From assembly GCA_021815445.1 (NCBI GenBank), contig JAKAGM010000001.1, positions 531,710-595,709 of the forward strand: a stretch of DNA of 64,000 nt, in the 5' to 3' direction. The DNA comes from a bacterium. GTDB taxonomy: Bacteria > Patescibacteriota > Patescibacteriia > UBA10025. Of this stretch, positions 17,856-26,925 are shown one piece after another. The position numbers and the translations under genes were made by a program. Position 1 is the stretch's first letter; each line of letters opens with the position of its first letter. A model generated the notes under the pieces. That model was given only the letters and a program-made list of their open reading frames with translations, was not told the DNA's origin and made no database searches.

Positions 17856-18254
17856 TCAACTGCAACTGCAACGGTCCGTGCCAGATTCGCTCCCGGGCAT
17901 ACCCGTTTGCTGACCACCAGCGGCGTTTGCGGTTGTAATGGCTGGCGAGACCGATTCCTCGACTACCGGAGTTCCAGACGCTTCAGATTGATCGGACACA
18001 ACGGCAGTATCGACAGTCCAAGCTGCTGGTGGCTCGAGATCACACCTCAGGACTATGAGAAAGGTGTCGCGGTCCTTGACCGGGTAATGGTCGGGATCTT
18101 CAACAACTGCCCCGTTAACCACATTGATAATGACACAACCGCTGAGGGCGAGTTTTACGCCTTCCGCAACCTCGGCAAAAGATACATCCACCTCTCCTTC
18201 CGCGAGAGCGACATTGAGCACCCTCACTCTCGCGTCGATGCTACTGACTTTCAT
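17856..18254 (-). CDS. Hypothetical protein; possible ThiS/MoaD-like beta-grasp N-domain with low-complexity tail
   Basis: TTGACA-17-TAGAGT promoter (18361-18333), GGAGG RBS, terminator at ~17797-17828; VVNG...VKDRDTFLIV pattern. Confidence 0.6.
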   Translation of the reverse strand: MKVSSIDARVRVLNVALAEGEVDVSFAEVAEGVKLALSGCVIINVVNGAVVEDPDHYPVKDRDTFLIVLRCDLEPPAAWTVDTAVVSDQSEASGTPVVEESVSPAITTANAAGGQQTGMPGSESGTDRCSCS

Positions 18255-18390
18255 GCATTCCTCCCATCCGACTATCTATGGTTTTGAGTTTTACCAACAC
18301 TTGTGCTGGTGGTTAACGAACAATATGCGAACACTCTATGCCAAAACAACCGGGGTGTCAATACTCCTAGGTAAACCTGGGTCCAGGTAA

Positions 18391-18867
18391 TTAGGGCTGA
18401 TCGTTGCTTGTGAGGTGGAAATGTAGGTACGTAACCGACTGCAACCCCGGGCCGTTGGTTGTTATCTTGTACTGAACTAGATGATTGTCTTTAATGAGCT
18501 TCGCCATGACGGCAAAAGCGTCTTCAAGATATGGCATGTCTTCTTTGGTAAAGCCTGCGGCATTTTTAATATCTTTTTTGGGAATTATGACATAGTGCAC
18601 GGGCGTCGTGGGTTCAGGATGGGATATAACGATGGTCTTATCTGTTTCATATACAACTCCGGGAATACCTCCTTCAAATTTTTGAATGCCGATCGAGCTC
18701 AATAAACCCAGGAGATCTTTGGATGTCAAACAGTCGCTGCCGCAGTTGGTCAGTGCGATCAACGAGCGCGGTTGGGTATCAGCAAAAAGATAGCCGCCAA
18801 TAAGAATGCCAAGCCCGAGAATAACCAATGCACCGATGACCCACCGTATACGTCGTAATATCGTCAT
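18391..18867 (-). CDS. HIT-family protein with N-terminal TM helix
   Basis: P..PVHYVIIPK, TNG...QSV.YLHFH. Confidence 0.8.
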   Translation of the reverse strand: MTILRRIRWVIGALVILGLGILIGGYLFADTQPRSLIALTNCGSDCLTSKDLLGLLSSIGIQKFEGGIPGVVYETDKTIVISHPEPTTPVHYVIIPKKDIKNAAGFTKEDMPYLEDAFAVMAKLIKDNHLVQYKITTNGPGLQSVTYLHFHLTSNDQP

Positions 18868-18877
18868 AGCAGAAAAA

Positions 18878-19216
18878 CTATCTCTTGGTGATTGAATTCG
18901 TGAGCCACGAAATGACCCAGAGGATGGCCCCTCCGATTAATGCCGCGGTAAAACTTGATATAGTGAATCCCTTAATGAGCGTTGAAACAAACCAGATGAG
19001 AACCGCGTTAATCACCAGTGTAAACAGGCCAAGCGTTAATATGTTTATCGGAAGGGTGACGAGGATCAGCACCGGCTTGATTATCGCGTTGACAATGCCG
19101 AGTACCAGCGCAACCACGAGCGCAGTATAGAGGGACGATACCCCGAAGCCCGGCACCAGGTACGCCACCAGGAGCAAAGCAATCGCATTGAGCAACCAAC
19201 GGAGAAGAAGATTCAT
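18878..19216 (-). CDS. Phage holin family (YvlD / Phage_holin_4_2) membrane protein
   Basis: N.IIKP.L..VTLP...LTLGLF..VINA signature. Confidence 0.9.
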   Translation of the reverse strand: MNLLLRWLLNAIALLLVAYLVPGFGVSSLYTALVVALVLGIVNAIIKPVLILVTLPINILTLGLFTLVINAVLIWFVSTLIKGFTISSFTAALIGGAILWVISWLTNSITKR

Positions 19217-19235
19217 ATGATGGACAATGATTTAT

Positions 19236-20267
19236 TTAGCATGAAATGACATTCCGCAACAAAGCATCGCTATAGAGCTGGTTATTAACACCGAGGTAAA
19301 AGAGTTCAGACCCAGGTTTTAATGTCCGCCCGGGAATACACACCTGAAAGTTTCCCGTATCTGTTGCGATGGTTAATTGCTGTTGTGGCCATGTGAGGTT
19401 AACTTCAGCTAGATTTCCTAATGAAATGACCAGTGGCGCCGAGCCGTTGAGAACCTTGCTCTCTGGCTGCAAATCACCAGCTTCCCAGCCGGTGCCCCGT
19501 ATAGCGCCCATAACTCTAGAGTAAGCTTTGGCTGCCGTTTCCTACGAACAAGTGTGGGTGGCAGTAGTATCCCACTTAAATTCGTTAGAGAGCACGGGAT
19601 TATCAAAATTGTCGGTTTGCATCAGTCCTCGGGAATTGGCATGAAGGTTCTTTACCTTGCCGAACTCAATCCGGAATATGTCCATGCCGCAGGTGAAATA
19701 GTGCGAGGTGGCGTTGGATTCAGAATAGAATGTGCCAGTGCTGTCTTTGCCCAGGACCGTCCAAAAAGAATTCGGAGCCTTATCTTGGACATTTAACTCT
19801 CGGAGTGTAAAGGTGATTTCCTTGGTTTCTCCGGGATTGATGGTGCCGAAGTCCTGCGCTTGAAGCTTGCGCGGTTCCGGCAAGTCACGGAAATATTGGT
19901 AGCTTTGTGCTTCCAGGGCCCATTCTTTGCCGTCTTTCAATTTTTGCCAGAGCTCAAAACCATAAACGCTGTTGCTAATATCTGCGTAGCTGATTGCCGC
20001 GGAGGAGGTATTTTTCATGCTCATTTTTAACGATGCCTTTTCTCCCATGGCAATCTTTGCCGTTAGACTGGCTACACTTAAAGATGCTGGCTGGCCGCCG
20101 ATCGCGGTAGTATTAGTAGTTGAATTTGTGGTGTTGGTATTAGAGTTTTTTGTTCCCCGGCCAAATAGCCACCAAAGCGCCGCCGCCAGAATGATAATAA
20201 TGATAATTACAATGACGACTAACATGGTTTTTGATTTTTTTTGCGGAGCTGTTTGGTTATTGTCCAT
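19236..20267 (-). pseudogene. Membrane-anchored surface protein interrupted by an in-frame TAG (19542-19544)
   Basis: ORFs 19542-20267 and 19236-19511 share a frame, joined by 10 sense codons after a single TAG. Confidence 0.55.
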
Positions 20268-20449
20268 AATTTATTTAATGTTTATTATTTAAAACAAGTT
20301 GCAACTTATAGTATACCTTTTGATTCCCAGAAATACAAATAGCAGGGCGTTATTATCTGACCCAGTATTTATTCAAAATCCGCAAAACCACTGGTTTGCC
20401 GTACCAAGTGCTAAGGAAAAAATCCGAGAAATTTCCGAAAGTTGTGCGT

Positions 20450-20527
20450 TGGTAGTCCCATCGGGATTTGAACCCGAGTTTCTTGGATGAGAACCAAGTG
20501 TCCTAGACCGGGCTAGACGATGGGACC
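20450..20527 (-). tRNA. tRNA-Glu(CTC)
   Basis: GGTCCCA acceptor, CTTGG-TTCTCAT-CCAAG anticodon arm, GGTTCAAATCC T-arm, encoded CCA. Confidence 0.95.
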
Positions 20528-20735
20528 CCGTTTATTTTTTCACCTATACCACCCGTCTGGTTTTCTGACGGGACCGGCTCCGGTCTCGCAGGAAGAGAGT
20601 GGCGGCATAAATAAAAAACGCCTAGGAATTATATCCTTTAGGCGCTAAAAAATCAAGGTTTGCTTACGTGGAGTTGGACACGCGAAAGCGTGTTACCGTT
20701 TGGATATATAACAGCCTATCGGCTGTCTAACCTGA

Positions 20736-21743
20736 CTATAAACCATGCCCCGCCTTTTCCACTAGCTCAATAAGCCTGTGCGCGTACCCCATTTCGTTGT
20801 CGTACCACGCGATGACTTTTACCAAGTCGCCGTCGACTACTTTGGTCAGCGAGAGATCGACGATGCTTGAATGGGTATTCCCGATAATGTCTGACGACAC
20901 GATCGGGTCTTCAGTCACCTCGAGAACTCCCTTTAGCTCGTTTGTACGTGCGGCATTTTTTAACGCAGTGTTTATCTGCTCGACAGTCACTTTTTTCTTT
21001 ACCAAAAACGTAAAATCGGCCAGTGAGCCGTCAATAGTCGGTACGCGAATCGCCAGCCCGTCGAACAGGCCTTTGAGCTCTGGAATGGTTTCCGCCGTTG
21101 AAATCGCGGCCCCGGTGGTCGTAGGGACGATGTTGTGGGCTGCAGCGCGGGCGCGGCGGAGGTCTTTGTGCGGACCGTCAACCAGGTTCTGGTCAGCAGT
21201 ATACGAATGAATAGTAGTCATCATTGCTTTCTTGATGCCAAACGCCCGTGATATCACTTTCGCGACTGGCGCTATACAGTTGGTCGTACAGGATGCGTTT
21301 GATATCACCCCTTGGTCGCTGAGCGCACCTTCATTCACCCCGAGAACTATCGTCTCTACGCCGCCGCCCTTCGGCGGGGCCGAGATAATGACCCGCTTGG
21401 CCCCGGCGGTGATATGCTGGGCCGCCAGGTCTTTTTTGACAAACCTGCCCGTGGATTCTATGACCACGTCCACCGACATTTTTTTCCACGGGAGCTTGGT
21501 CGGATCCTTCTCGGCGATGACAGGAAACCTCGTGCCGTCGACAACAAGCTCCTGTGCCGTATGGCTGACCTTACGGCCGTACTTTCCGTACACAGAATCA
21601 AAACGCAATAAATACGCCAGAGTCTCCGTGTCGGTCAGGTCGTTGACGGCGACTACCTCGAGGGACGGATGCTCAAGGGCGATCTTGAATGCGGCGCGCC
21701 CTATCCGTCCGAAACCGTTGATGGCTATTCGTATTTTTTTCAT
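20736..21743 (-). CDS. gap: Glyceraldehyde-3-phosphate dehydrogenase, type I
   Basis: INGFGRIGR, SNASCTTNC, WYDNE. Confidence 0.98.
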   Translation of the reverse strand: MKKIRIAINGFGRIGRAAFKIALEHPSLEVVAVNDLTDTETLAYLLRFDSVYGKYGRKVSHTAQELVVDGTRFPVIAEKDPTKLPWKKMSVDVVIESTGRFVKKDLAAQHITAGAKRVIISAPPKGGGVETIVLGVNEGALSDQGVISNASCTTNCIAPVAKVISRAFGIKKAMMTTIHSYTADQNLVDGPHKDLRRARAAAHNIVPTTTGAAISTAETIPELKGLFDGLAIRVPTIDGSLADFTFLVKKKVTVEQINTALKNAARTNELKGVLEVTEDPIVSSDIIGNTHSSIVDLSLTKVVDGDLVKVIAWYDNEMGYAHRLIELVEKAGHGL

Positions 21744-21749
21744 ATGAGA

Positions 21750-22616
21750 TTAAACGCGATGAGCGCTTCCAAAGAGTGCAAGCTTTTCTTCTACTACGCG
21801 CTGGAGCGCATCTGTCGGGCCTTTGAGGATGTCACGGACATCATAGTACTCCTGATGCGCGATAAGCGCGTCCCGAAGGCTATTGGTGAACTCGAGCTTC
21901 AATTCAGTGTTTAAATTGACAATCTTGATGCCATAGGTGAAAGTCTCTTTAACCTGATCCGCTTGCAGCCCCGAAGCTCCGTGCAGAACAAGCGGAGTGT
22001 TAGGTATGCTTTGGTTGATCTCTCTGAGCCGCGCAATGTTAAGTTTTGGCAGGCCTTTTTTGAGCTTGACGATTCCATGAACATTGCCGACAGCGACGGC
22101 GAGCGTGTCGACCTCTGTCTCTTCGACGAATTGCTTAGCCTCGGCCGGGTCTGTCATGAACTTTTCGCGGTCGTCTGGGCTCGCCTCTTCAAGTCCTTTG
22201 ACGACGCCGAGCTCGCCCTGCACCCAGACGTCTTTTTTGTGCGCGTACTCGACTGACTGCCGGGTCAGGATGACGTTTTCTTTAAAAGGCACGTCCGAAT
22301 TGTCTATCATGATGGACGAAAAACCCGCCGCAATGCATTCTGCGACAGAGCGGAAACTTCGCCCGTGATCGAGGTGAAGGGCTATGGGGATATTCCCCGC
22401 TTCGTCACGCACCATCGTCTCTATCATGGCGGTCATCGTCTTGAGCCCGCCGTACTTGATTGTCCGTTCGGAAATCTGAACGATCAAGGGCGACTTTTGG
22501 GCTTCAGCCGCGCGGACTACGGCAATCGTCGTCTCGAGATTATCCACGTTGAACGCTCCCAGGATATAGCTATTTTGCTTGGCGTCCGCAAGGAGCTCGG
22601 AAATATGTGTAAGCAT
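21750..22616 (-). CDS. fba: Class II fructose-bisphosphate aldolase
   Basis: HLDHG, GNVHG, LVLHGASG; start placed at MLTHISE. Confidence 0.93.
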   Translation of the reverse strand: MLTHISELLADAKQNSYILGAFNVDNLETTIAVVRAAEAQKSPLIVQISERTIKYGGLKTMTAMIETMVRDEAGNIPIALHLDHGRSFRSVAECIAAGFSSIMIDNSDVPFKENVILTRQSVEYAHKKDVWVQGELGVVKGLEEASPDDREKFMTDPAEAKQFVEETEVDTLAVAVGNVHGIVKLKKGLPKLNIARLREINQSIPNTPLVLHGASGLQADQVKETFTYGIKIVNLNTELKLEFTNSLRDALIAHQEYYDVRDILKGPTDALQRVVEEKLALFGSAHRV

Positions 22617-22633
22617 AGAAGTAGTATATGAAT

Positions 22634-23398
22634 TTAGGCAACAGCAAAAATAATGCCGAGAAATTTTTCGAGAACACTGCTGGCGCCGCCCACTATAACG
22701 CCGCAAATAGACTCGTTGTCCACATAGCTGGATACGTTGGACTCATCGACGCTTCCTCCGTACATCATGATAAAGTTCTCGTCCGCAATATGTTGCTGAT
22801 ACAGATCCACAAGCGCGCTGCGGATCACCTCAGTCGTCTCCCGCGCCTCCTTAGGGTCGCATGCTTGGCCGGTACCTATCGCCCAGACGGGTTCATACGC
22901 TATCATGATTTTTGCCTTTTCTGAAGGTACAATCCCGGTGAGCGCCTCCTGAATCTGTTTCATGATAACCACGTCTTTATTGCCCTGCTGACGCTGCTCA
23001 AAGGTTTCCCCGACGCACAGAACCGGCGTTATGCCGGAATCCATGGCATGCCGCACCTTCTTTCGGACAATTTGGTCGGTCTCATGGAGATAAATCCTGC
23101 GCTCCGAATGGCCAATGATTGCATAGCTGCATCCCAGCTCGAGGAGCATCGGACCCGACACTTCTCCCGTGTACGCGCCTCGTGGCTCCCAAAATATATT
23201 TTGAGCCGCGAGCTTTATCGGGCTTCCCTCGATAAGCTTCCCGACGGCGTCGAGATACGGCATTGACGGGGCGACAGCCACGGTAACGCCGGATCCGAGA
23301 TCATGGAGCGAATTTTTTAACCCGACCGCAAGATCGCCGGTTTTTTTCCGGTTGAGATTCATTTTCCAGTTCCCTAATATGAGCGGCGGTGTTGCCAT
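22634..23398 (-). CDS. tpiA: Triosephosphate isomerase
   Basis: GNWKMN, GHSERR, AYEPVWAIGTG, YGGSV. Confidence 0.98.
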   Translation of the reverse strand: MATPPLILGNWKMNLNRKKTGDLAVGLKNSLHDLGSGVTVAVAPSMPYLDAVGKLIEGSPIKLAAQNIFWEPRGAYTGEVSGPMLLELGCSYAIIGHSERRIYLHETDQIVRKKVRHAMDSGITPVLCVGETFEQRQQGNKDVVIMKQIQEALTGIVPSEKAKIMIAYEPVWAIGTGQACDPKEARETTEVIRSALVDLYQQHIADENFIMMYGGSVDESNVSSYVDNESICGVIVGGASSVLEKFLGIIFAVA

Positions 23399-23477
23399 AA
23401 GACGTCGTAGCTATTGAATCTGGATCAAGGGGGCCCGGATGAATGAGTGCCTAAACCCCGCTTGTATTCATCATATA

Positions 23478-24437
23478 CTATTTAGGGACTGATGTAAAAA
23501 TGGGCAGCCAACGTTCTGAAGTAAAAGCCCAATCGACCAGCTTCCGTGCGTCCTGAAACCTGTTTTGGTCCGTGGACGCGCCAAGGAGCACCACAATGAG
23601 TTCGTGCTTGTTTTGGGTAACGTCTGCGGCGTACGTATAGCCAGCCTCATCGAGGTATCCTGTTTTAGCGCCGATAAATGTGAACTCCGGCGATCCGAGC
23701 AGTTTATTCGTTGTCCCGATGCGAATTGAACGGTGTGTATTGACCGTTGAAAGCACGTACGACCGCCGAAGTACGGCGTCCCTTATTCGGGAAAAGGTAA
23801 AAGCACGCGATACGAGCAAAGTAAGGTCTGAAGCAGTCGATACATTGCCCGGGTCGAGCCCGGTGACATCGGTAAATGTCGTGGAACGCATGCCAAGCTC
23901 CGTTGCCGTCGAGTTCATCTGCGCCACGAACTGGTCCGCCGGAATCCCGATGCTTCGCGCTAAGGCTCTGGCCGCATTGTTCATCGAATCCATCAACGAA
24001 GCGGCGAGCAAATCTCCCCGTGTAACCTGTTCTCCTGCGTCGACGTTCAACCAATTCGTAATATGGGGCGTATTGTCTTCCACAATGATTTCGACTGGTT
24101 CGGAGAAATCCGGACGGGCATTCGCAACGACAATGGCTGTCATAAGCTTTGTGAGGCTCGCAATCGGACGGGGGGTATTGCTGTTCTTTTCCCAGAGGAC
24201 GGCGCCGCTTGCTACATCGACGACAACTCCGGCTTCTGCGGTAACTGCGGGTGGAAGCCGGTACGACGGAATAGGCACCGGCGGGAGCGACCTCGAGATG
24301 TTTCGTAAGTAGACGTTCCTCCCGCCGATAATTTGCCTGACAATCGCGTACGAATCATCGGAAGATAACGAAAAAATCTTCTCCTGATGGTCGACGGAGA
24401 GCAGGGCGCCGAGCAGTCCGAGGTAAAAATCCAACAT
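23478..24437 (-). CDS. D-alanyl-D-alanine carboxypeptidase/endopeptidase (peptidase S11)
   Basis: ASLTK (SxxK), SMN (SxN), KTG motifs. Confidence 0.9.
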   Translation of the reverse strand: MLDFYLGLLGALLSVDHQEKIFSLSSDDSYAIVRQIIGGRNVYLRNISRSLPPVPIPSYRLPPAVTAEAGVVVDVASGAVLWEKNSNTPRPIASLTKLMTAIVVANARPDFSEPVEIIVEDNTPHITNWLNVDAGEQVTRGDLLAASLMDSMNNAARALARSIGIPADQFVAQMNSTATELGMRSTTFTDVTGLDPGNVSTASDLTLLVSRAFTFSRIRDAVLRRSYVLSTVNTHRSIRIGTTNKLLGSPEFTFIGAKTGYLDEAGYTYAADVTQNKHELIVVLLGASTDQNRFQDARKLVDWAFTSERWLPIFTSVPK

Positions 24438-24452
24438 GTGAAAACGGGGAAA

Positions 24453-25049
24453 TTACTTCTGCTGCCCCGCAGGAGGTTCTTGCTGCTGTGTTTCCGCAGG
24501 GCGGGTCGCCATCAACGCAGTGATGTGCTGGTGGTTGCGAAGCCTCTCATAATCCGGGAGCTCTTCGACAGCGTGAATTCCAAGGAACTGGAGGAAATCG
24601 AAGGTTATCTGGTACACCGTCGTCATCTTCTTCCTGTCTTCACGCGATTCGACCAGCCCTTTGATGAGCAGGTTTCGTAAAATCAGGCTGCAATTCACCC
24701 CCCTGATATGTTCAATTTCCGCTTTGGAGATGGGCCCACAGTACGCGATAATGGTGAGTGATTCAAGCGCCGGTTTCGTCAGCTCGCCGGTCAGCTCCGA
24801 TTTAATGAACTGTTTTGTAATATAGGACACCGCCGGGCTGGTCGCCATCTGATATCCGGAACTTGTCTTCATGATATGAATTCCGTACTCCTCGGTATTA
24901 TATTTTTTCATGAGGCTTTCCGCCGCTTCTTCCACTGCTTTGGGCGATTGCTTGGTTATCTCGGCAATTTTTTTTATTGACAAGGGTTTGCCCGCGAGAA
25001 AAAGGAGGCTCTCGGTAAGATTTTCGGCGTTCGGTTCATTCATGGCCAT
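24453..25049 (-). CDS. scpB: SMC-Scp complex subunit ScpB
   Basis: ALESLTIIAY..PIS..EIE.IRGVN; FL..LG....ELP. Confidence 0.95.
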   Translation of the reverse strand: MAMNEPNAENLTESLLFLAGKPLSIKKIAEITKQSPKAVEEAAESLMKKYNTEEYGIHIMKTSSGYQMATSPAVSYITKQFIKSELTGELTKPALESLTIIAYCGPISKAEIEHIRGVNCSLILRNLLIKGLVESREDRKKMTTVYQITFDFLQFLGIHAVEELPDYERLRNHQHITALMATRPAETQQQEPPAGQQK

Positions 25050-25067
25050 AGGGATTGATTATAGTGC

Positions 25068-25775
25068 TTAGTTAGCTTGTTGAGAAGACAACCGCTGGAT
25101 TTCAATATCGGAAAAAACGTCTTTTTGCACGACGGCGACCACCCGCTGTTTCACAAGCTCTAATAGCGCGAGAAATGTGACGATAATCTCTGTTTTGTCT
25201 TTTGAAGACTGGATAATCTTTGTAAAATTCATCGTTGCCTGCTTGTAGAGATTCTCCCTGAGATTCGCTATTTTTTCCTCGATGGACACCGACTTGCGGT
25301 ATGACTCTTTGGGCAAAGAGATAATGGGCTCAATGTCCTGCAGAACGCTGATGAAAAGCTCCTTGAGGCGGAGTGTCGTCATCGTTTTTGGCGGGTTGAA
25401 AACCGCCTCAAGCACTACAGCGGGCTTATCGCGCGGGAAGAGGAACCGTTTCTTGAGGGTCATTTTGTGGATAACCTTTGACGCCTCATAGTATTCCCGG
25501 TAAATCTTCAGCTGGGTCTCGAGGTCGGTCTCATCTTCTTCCACTTCGATACTCGGGATCAGGATGCGGGATTTAATGAGCAGCAGCTTCGCGGCGACAA
25601 CGAGAAAGTCTGCAAGCTCCTCCGGATTCTTTTCTTGGACCTGCGATAAATACCCGATGTACTGCTCGGTGACTTCTGAAAGCGATACCTTCGAAATATC
25701 GAGCTCCTTCTGCTCAATAAGTTGCAGAAGGAGTTCAAGAGGCCCTTCAAACTGTTCTACTTTTACCTTGTACAT
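25068..25775 (-). CDS. scpA: Segregation/condensation protein ScpA
   Basis: FEGPLELLL; IVTFLALLEL. Confidence 0.95.
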   Translation of the reverse strand: MYKVKVEQFEGPLELLLQLIEQKELDISKVSLSEVTEQYIGYLSQVQEKNPEELADFLVVAAKLLLIKSRILIPSIEVEEDETDLETQLKIYREYYEASKVIHKMTLKKRFLFPRDKPAVVLEAVFNPPKTMTTLRLKELFISVLQDIEPIISLPKESYRKSVSIEEKIANLRENLYKQATMNFTKIIQSSKDKTEIIVTFLALLELVKQRVVAVVQKDVFSDIEIQRLSSQQAN

Positions 25776-25792
25776 GCTGTAGGGGTATGGGG

Positions 25793-26284
25793 TTATTTAT
25801 TTTTCCTCTTTTTCGGAGCCGGTTTTTCGACAAACTTTCCCGTCTGAGGCTGTTCAAGCTTCAGGTAATCCTTCATTTTCATCCGCACGCTCTCGGTGAA
25901 GCTGCCCGCCTGGAAAATGGCTTTTTGGAGCTTGAGCAGTGAGAGGTCGGCGACAACGGCTATCTTGTGAATGGTGCCGAACGCCGTCAGGGCCCCCGGC
26001 TTCACTTTGAACTTTGTGACCATGTCTTTCTCCTTTGCTATCGATACCTTTTTCGCTTTCAGGAACTTCTTGAGCTTCGCGAGGTCGAGGCGGTAGTGCG
26101 CCGGAACGACGACAATCATGTACTCCTTATCTACTTTCACGAGGAGCGACTTGGCGATATTCTGCATTTTCTCGCCTAAGGTCTGGGCAAGATCATATGC
26201 CGTAAACACCGTCTTGTGGGTGAGCACCTCATGCGGGGTCTTTGCTGACTCGAGATGATTGATGACTTTTTTTGGAAGCGACAT
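25793..26284 (-). CDS. YbaK/EbsC family aminoacyl-tRNA deacylase
   Basis: H..VFTA, AKSLLV, GALTAFG, AGS. Confidence 0.85.
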   Translation of the reverse strand: MSLPKKVINHLESAKTPHEVLTHKTVFTAYDLAQTLGEKMQNIAKSLLVKVDKEYMIVVVPAHYRLDLAKLKKFLKAKKVSIAKEKDMVTKFKVKPGALTAFGTIHKIAVVADLSLLKLQKAIFQAGSFTESVRMKMKDYLKLEQPQTGKFVEKPAPKKRKNK

Positions 26285-26302
26285 AGGCCTTGTGAATCGT
26301 AA

Positions 26303-26875
26303 CTAAACTGCTGGATGCTGCCTGTCGTGGAATCGCTTTTCCGCGAAGATAATGAGCCAGGTCAGGAGGCCTGCCAGAATGATAAGAACGACATAGAGCC
26401 CGGCTGCTTTGTACTGTTTAATGAGGAAGTACAGCGCCTCGATAACGAGATGGATGACCATCCAGATCGAGAAGATAAAGTAGGGCCAGGCGATAATATA
26501 CTTGGTGCTTTTTTCCTTGCGGAAATTGAGCCAGAAGTAGAGCAAAAATCCGGCGAGAAGGACGGGGATAACGAAGGCGCCGTGGATTGCGAGTCGACGC
26601 GCTTCGTAATCCTGCAGGGTAAATGTTTGAGTTCTGTTCGGGTACTGCAGCACTTTCTCCGGCGTCGAGGAGTAGATATAACTATGGTAGCCGTACTGGT
26701 CGTACGCGGGGTTGAACCAGCGGTTCAGGTCAAAAAGGAAGCGCTCGCCGAGGATAATCAGGACAATGGTAAGGATGACGACAAACAGGATGGATACCCA
26801 TGATACTCTGACTTTAGCCACGGGCTTTGGCGGCAGGGGCAGGGTCGAAGTAGGAGGCATAAATGTTTCGTTCAT
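26303..26875 (-). CDS. Four-TM membrane protein
   Basis: Hydrophobicity pattern. Confidence 0.8.
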   Translation of the reverse strand: MNETFMPPTSTLPLPPKPVAKVRVSWVSILFVVILTIVLIILGERFLFDLNRWFNPAYDQYGYHSYIYSSTPEKVLQYPNRTQTFTLQDYEARRLAIHGAFVIPVLLAGFLLYFWLNFRKEKSTKYIIAWPYFIFSIWMVIHLVIEALYFLIKQYKAAGLYVVLIILAGLLTWLIIFAEKRFHDRQHPAV

Positions 26876-26925
26876 AGTTTTTCCTTTCTTTCACCGTATT
26901 AAAATTTCGGCGAAAATGTTAATAG

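Noticed and set aside
18878-19216. Prophage signalled by a holin-family gene
   Set aside because: YvlD-type proteins are common chromosomal membrane proteins; no phage genes nearby.
19542-19544. Genome-wide stop-codon reassignment
   Set aside because: Conserved genes end normally at TAG, TGA and TAA, and none contain internal stops.
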